A stretch of 63,484 nt of DNA, counting the filler, from Thraustochytrium aureum (taxonomy: Eukaryota), in the NCBI GenBank assembly GCA_012862495.1. It is 6 parts of 5 records of this genome, joined end to end, with 100 filler letters (N's around TTAATTAATTAA, not from the genome) between each part and the next. Parts side by side here need not be neighbours in the genome. Positions count along the whole stretch, not along the records: positions 57,980 to 63,484 come from BLSG01000337.1; 5 more parts are not named here. One strand, 5' to 3'. Position numbers and translations under genes: made by a program. The stretch's first letter is position 1; each line of letters begins with the position of its first letter. This document shows, in pieces, positions 57,980-63,484 of this stretch. The notes under the pieces were generated by a model. The model was not told the origin of the DNA, ran no database searches, and was given only the letters and a program-made list of their open reading frames with translations.

Positions 57980-60900
57980 ATATGCCTGGTGCCCTCGGGG
58001 CTGCCATTTGCCTGGCCGTCACCCGCACCACGGACAGAATCGTCGGTGCTGGCGTCGTCTGCATCAAACTCGGAGGGGATGCGCGTGAACTCTGCAATGC
58101 GCTCCACAGACACAAACTGGGATTCCAAAGTCGTGAGCCCCATCATGTAGTCCATGCTAGCACGCTGCAGGTTGGCCGAATAGAGCAGCACGAGCCCAAA
58201 CTGGCCAAGCGAAATCGCTCCATTGCGAACCAAGATGGCGCAGATGACCCCGCAGCTTAGGTACAGCGCGCACCCGTTCTGCGTGGTGAGCGTCTGGGCC
58301 CACTTGGACACAGCCTCGTTTGCGTACTTGCCTGTGGCCATGGCGCGCACCAGCGCTTCGTTCCACCGCTCAAAGCGGGCCTCCACTGCAAAGGCCCGAA
58401 TGCAAAGCTCGCCACGCAGCACGTCCGCGAATTGTGTGTACACAGGCGAGTGAGCGATTGCTTCGAGGCGCCTGCTGTCCCGGGCGGCACACCGCACCGT
58501 CCCAAAGATGACCACGTAAGGTACGAAGATGAGGGGCAGAGTGAGCATGACCCACGGGGCAAAAATGAGGACCAGGCCCACCTGCGTTGCCATGTTGAGC
58601 GTTTTGGTGATCTGGTCCAGCACAGCGTTGGGGACAAAGTTGTCGATATTGGCGAGGTCTTGCAGGAATCGGTTCATGATTTGTCCGGATGGCGTGCGGT
58701 CGAAGAACGACATCGCGGCGCCGAGGAGGCTGTCGAAGAGCGTCGCGTGGATGCACCGCGAAGCTTGCAAGGCGCAGAGCGTGAGAATGACAGACTGCAG
58801 CGCCGCAGACACCGCGCTCGCCGCTCCAAGACCCATGTATACGTAAAGGAACGAATGCCCCGGATGCTCGGCGTCGCCCCAGATGGACAGCCAGACGTTC
58901 ATGAAGACGTCCAGCACTGTCTTTGCCAGCAGCGCGGCTGCCAGAAGCGCAAGCGTTGCTTGTGTGCCGAAAACGGACAGGTAGACGGAGAAGTCCTGCC
59001 AGGAGATGAGGCCTTCGCGCTTGCGCTCGCCGTGGTCGCGCTCGCCCCGAAGCGCCGCGCAGACCTCGTCGACGAGTGCGGGGTCTATCTTGCTGCCCTC
59101 GTAGCTGTGCAAGAGGGCGCGCAGGCGCGTCTCGCACTCTTTCATGGACACAAGGGCGCTCTGCGCGTCCCTCGCCGACTGTAGCTTTGCGTCGACACGT
59201 GGGCCGCACGAGCCGCCTCCAGCTTCACGCTCAAACATGGTGGTGGTGCCGGGCGAGGGAGTGGCGCTTGCTTTGGAGTCCCCGACAAAGGCTGCAATGT
59301 CCTCGGTCACGAGAGGCTGGATCTCCGGCCAGGTACCTGCGAGAGCAATCGAGCCGTGTGCAACAATCAGAACCTTGGAAACCTCGGGCCGAGAGAGGTA
59401 TTGGAGCTGATGCGTTACGAGGACAACAGTGCGGCCCCTCTCTACGAGGTCTCCCGCCAAAGTCTGGGACCAAATGAACTGCCCAGTCGTCGCGTCGACA
59501 GCCGACAGGACATCGTCCAGGAAAAGGCAGTCGGCCTCGCTGTACAAGGCGCGAGCCAGGGCGACGCGCGCTTTCTGGCCACCCGAGAGCTGCACCCCGT
59601 TTTCGCCGACGAGGGTGGCGTCCCCGTCCTGCAGCGATTCTAGGTCGCTGTCGAGAGCAGCGCCGCGCACGGCCCACTCATACAGCGCGGCGTCCCAGTC
59701 CCGCCCGAACAAGATGTTATTGCGAACCGTTTCGTTCAGTAGAAACGGGCGTTGGCCCACAAATGCGCGCGAGCCTGCAACTGCGCAGCGGCCTTGCAAG
59801 GGTTCGAGCCCCTTGGCGAGCGTTGCGAGCAGTGTTGACTTGCCGCTGCCCACTGCCCCCGCAATCACGACAAACTCACCTGCCCGGATAGCCACTTGCA
59901 CTTTGTCAAGTACGACAGCCTCGCGCGGTGCGGAGGAGGGCGGCATTGCGGCGGAGGCCCGAGCCGAGCTGAGTACCTCCCCGCCCATGACCAGGTCGTC
60001 CTTATACCCCAGCTTCGCTGGTCCATCGAGACACACGGCGAGTTGCGCGGAGCCCGACACGGAGCCGACGGATCGATCCGGCGCAAGGTCCGCGTCGCCG
60101 TCAAGCCAACCGAGCCCGCCGCCGTCGTTCAGAAACGACACGAGACGCTCGCACGATGGCGCCAGCGCGGCATACATGTTGAAGATAGCCGGAGCACGTT
60201 TATGCTCCACTGTATCTGAGTGATCCAGGCAAGGGTGGTGAACGCCGTGGTGCTGTCTAATTCGTGGCCGTCCACCAATGTGTACCATGTGAAAATGGAG
60301 ACTGGTATGGCCACATTGAGCAGTGTGCCAACGAGCAGGTTCACGGCCTGGAGGGAGGCGCAAGATGACGAGCTGGCGCATCTCTGCGGAGCGCGCGCGG
60401 CTGACGCGGTCGCGCCACTCGCTCTCCCAGACCTGCAGCTTGATGACTGCAATGCTGGCAAGAAGCTCCTTCATGAGCTGCGAGCGCTCGTCGCGGCGTT
60501 CTTGGAGCCTTCGGACGGCCGGTTTTTCCATCTGGCTAAGCTGTCGCGCCGCGAACCCACCGAAGAGGATCGTGGCCATGCCGACCCAAACCGCGTCGCC
60601 GATCGTCAGACGCATGCAGTAGATAACGACCGGGAGGGATCCGACGGACCAGGTCCACTGGGCGACGAACCAGACCATCCAAGAGGTTTTTCCGAGCTTG
60701 TCAGCGTCGGTGGCCATGAGATTGGTAAGCGTGCCCGCGTTGTACCTGGCAGCGCCGCCGCCGCGCAGCGTTTTCCGCATGATGGCGGTCACGAGGACCG
60801 TGCGGATGTTGTTGTTGACTCTTGTGGAGTGAAAGTAGCACAGCTCCATGCAAGTAACGCGAGCCAACATGCTGATACTCAGAACAACAACGAGGCCGAT

Positions 60901-62260
60901 GCTCCGCCAGAGCTGGCCGGTCGACTTTGTGTCCCGGGATTCCGTGAGCAGCTCCTTGAGCAAGATCGGGTCGAGCAGCATCAACAGGAGGAAGGCCCAT
61001 CCATGAAACAACGACGAAACGAAGGCGCCGCGCTGGATGGTTAGGCTCAGCAGGCGGAGCAGCTGCCAGCCAGAAGTGGTCTTGCCGTGGCGGGGGCGCC
61101 ACGAGGCCGCAAAGTTGGCCATCAGGCAGCCGGGCTGGTCTGCCGCCGGGAGCGCGGGCAAGTCGGTCTCATCGAGGCGGAGCTTGCGGTTGGCCCGGCG
61201 CAGCGTTTCAAAGACCCACCAAAAGGTATACGTGGAGAAAATGCCGGCGCGATCTTGCGGCGCGGTGCCTGCGGATTCGAGCGGGCATAGCGGCCCGTCC
61301 TCAGAGAGGCGTGCGCGGCGCGAGTCTAGGAGGAACGCGGCCAGGGTAAGGGCCTCGCACACGACCGAAAGGCACGTGATCAGCGGAACAAGGCGAATGA
61401 CGTTTGACGAGTACGCGAGCTCCCACGCGAGGACACTCCCCTTAAGCAGGATAAACCCTGGAGAGGCCAGCGCTTGCACAGTACACTCGAGCGACACGCG
61501 ACCCGAAGCGAGGCGCGCCGCAGGCGGGGCGAGTACGCTCAGCAGAACCCATGCAGCGAAGAGCCACAGCACGCGCACGCCGAGCAGCTCGGGATCCGGG
61601 TACCCGTTGAACGAATGATTGGCGTGCACGGACGCCAAAGCCCCTAGCTGCCAAGCGTTCATGTAGGCGCATAGGAGCCCAAGGATCAGGGAGGGGCTCC
61701 CCGCACCAAAGGCGGCGAGCGCCAGCACAAGTGTGCCTCCGAGCCCGCCAAAGCTCGTCGCAGAAGAGGCCAGGCCCAGGCCGGACTGCCAGTGCTGTCC
61801 AGGCGCCCACAGCGCGACAATAGCGCAGCCGCATCCAAGAAAGAGAGCGCTTGAAGTCGCAGCCAAGCGGCCGCGCGCGGCGCGTTCTCCGCCCAGCCTG
61901 CAGTCGCTGCCTTCCAGCACGGTGCCTGCCGGCCACGGAGCGACCGCTGCGGCGACCAGGCTCAGAGCGACCGCGCTCGCCACAACTGGGGCTACAAGCT
62001 TCCAGCTGGTCGAGGAGGCGCAGAGAAGCGGTCGGCCCGCGCCGCGCTCATACTCTTCGACGTGGCACGTGTCGGCCCACTCGCCCGCGGCGCGTCCAAG
62101 CGCTGCAGCCCACGCAGCGGCCCAGGTTGCTGCGACGGCGACGGCCGCAGCGGCGCTGCGTGCCGACAAGCCTTCAGACCGGCCCGAGCTTGCGGTCGCT
62201 GCTGGCGCTCGGGAGCGAGCAGCGGGCGAGCAGCTCGCCGGCCTCGGCGTCGACCACCAT
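57980..62260 (-). CDS. ABCC/MRP-type ABC transporter with extra N-terminal membrane domain; NBD2 lost at the scaffold end; start uncertain; compensating frameshifts near 60358 and 60190
   Basis: AGIFSTYTFWW, NLMATDA, IKLQVWE, GAVGSGKST, LVGENGVQLSGGQKARVALARA, LFLDD, FFDRTPSGQIMNRF, SVERIAEF. Confidence 0.93.
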
Positions 62261-62724
62261 CGTTGCGTGAGCGTGGCGTCCGCCGCCGCCGCGCTCGGCT
62301 TCCTCGCCTTTCCCTCCTGGTTGGTGCGCGGATCGCAGGCTGGCAGGCTGGCTCTAGAGGCTGGCAGGACGGCTGGCTTGGCAGGCCGGCTGGCAGGCAG
62401 GTTGGCAGGCCGGAAGCGGGTCTGGCAGAGTTGTGGGGCGTTCGTTGTGTGGGGCCGCCGCCGCCAAAGGGCCGGGCTCTCAACTAGCTAGCTCGAGCAG
62501 AGGCAGGTCAGGACAACACGCACTGATGAGGAGCACGCGCATGCGAGCACTGATTGGTGATTGATTGGTCTATGGTAGAGGTGCGCTGCGGCTCCCGGCG
62601 GGGTCAAACTGTCTGCAAGGCTTCCGCAGTTCTCACGAACGAGAGAACGGTGTCAGGGAGCGCGTATTGAGATGTCGTGTGCCGCGCTTATGGCCGACCG
62701 AGGCCTCGGTCGGCCACGGAGCGC

Positions 62725-63475
62725 TCAAGAGATTCTGGGGGGCGGCGGCGAGTCGCCAGGGTCATTGGCAGGTTCCTCTGTGTCGCTCTCCACGCGCGTA
62801 CGTTTGGCCTGCTGCTCTTGAGCGGCGGCTTCCTCGCTCTCAGAATTCGCGTCACCGTCGTCTGTTTGGGGACGGCGCTTGACTGCCGCCTCTCGAGCAA
62901 ACTCGCCCTTGTTGCGCCGGCGCGTGTACAGCTGGAAGGAGGGGCTGCGGCCTGTGACGAGCAGCATCATGCTGTCTTCGCCAGGGACGCGCGAGAAGAC
63001 AGACACCTTGAAGCAGTGTTGCGTGTTGCACGTATTGCGGCAGCCGGGCCCAACCATAGTGCCAGCCCAAGCTCTGCGTGTTGAAGTTGACCTGTGCGTT
63101 CATAAGCGTGCCGCCTTTTGCCGGTGTCCAGTCGGCAATGTCGCCGCGGAACAGTGGCTCGCGCGGAGCAACCCTGCTCCGCTCGCGCCTGCGGTACTCC
63201 TGGTACGAGAACATCGACCCAGGTCGCCGTTGGTCGTCTGTGCCGATCTCTTCAAACTCGCCCCAGGCGACGAGCTCGCGGCCTTTGAGCTCGGCCACCC
63301 TCACCTCGCATGAGATCGGCCTTCCGCAAAACCCGCTGTTCCCGTGCCCGGTCTGCCCGCACTGCGGGAAGCACCTTAGTTTCTTCTCGCCGCCCTTCTT
63401 GTTGTTTCGCTGGTACCTCGGGGCGTACTCGTCCAAAAACCTGACCGAGGGCTGTTCGTGCCCTTCCGCCGCCAT
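62725..63475 (-). CDS. Uncharacterised Cys/His-containing putative DNA-binding protein; frameshift near 63048
   Basis: RYQRNNKKGGEKKLRCFPQC...GH...GFCG, GWHYGW(A)GCRNTCNTQHCFKVSVF, SPSFQLYTRRR, basic NLS-like tail. Confidence 0.65.
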
Positions 63476-63484
63476 TCTGCCGAC

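Noticed and set aside
2779..61044. Long antisense or alternate-frame ORFs (e.g. 7646..9844-, 14659..15954-, 29587..31566-, 51580..53136+, 60220..61044+) and ORFs that are mostly X
   Set aside because: These are shadows of GC-rich coding strands or artefacts of reading through N gaps, with no independent motifs.
656..63475. Numerous frameshifts in conserved genes (near 972, 5278, 6545, 7455, 28640, 31127, 35497, 36324, 39750, 52716, 55837, 60190, 60358, 63048) as programmed frameshifting, RNA editing or mass pseudogenisation
   Set aside because: They go in both directions, share no slippery motif, and nearly all are repaired by adding or removing one base in a homopolymer, which is the signature of pyrosequencing-type error.

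Overview
GC-rich, gene-dense, essentially intron-free eukaryotic draft sequence. Gene content and style suggest a stramenopile protist such as a labyrinthulomycete or thraustochytrid (inference). The window is six unrelated scaffolds joined by an artificial N-TTAATTAATTAA-N linker at 10766, 31959, 38759, 49878 and 57924, so synteny only holds within a scaffold. It has many internal N gaps and about 14 single-base frameshifts, almost all in homopolymers and probably sequencing errors. Housekeeping-type genes include a CID-domain RNA-processing protein, glutamine cyclotransferase, KDM5-like demethylase, anoctamin, NFS1, a TFIIIC-like WD40 protein, an amino-acid transporter, a LIM protein, a P5A ATPase, DsbA/FrnE, transportin-3, an SDR, RBM42, a BAR protein and an ABCC transporter. 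The most interesting items are: (1) a tandem pair of TIR/HET-like-domain plus TPR-like proteins that look like a diversifying innate-immune/NADase locus; (2) a head-to-head pair of secreted proteins, a Cu/Zn SOD and a His/Lys/Tyr/Pro/Thr extensin-like protein, sharing the same 6-Cys module and suggesting an extracellular oxidative cross-linking system; (3) a stand-alone PolX/Pol-beta-like nucleotidyltransferase; (4) an atypical tRNA-Asp inside a 350-bp repeat unit; (5) an anoctamin fused to EF-hands; (6) a P5A ATPase with a PRQLP substrate motif; (7) an uncharacterised Cys/His-containing putative DNA-binding protein.
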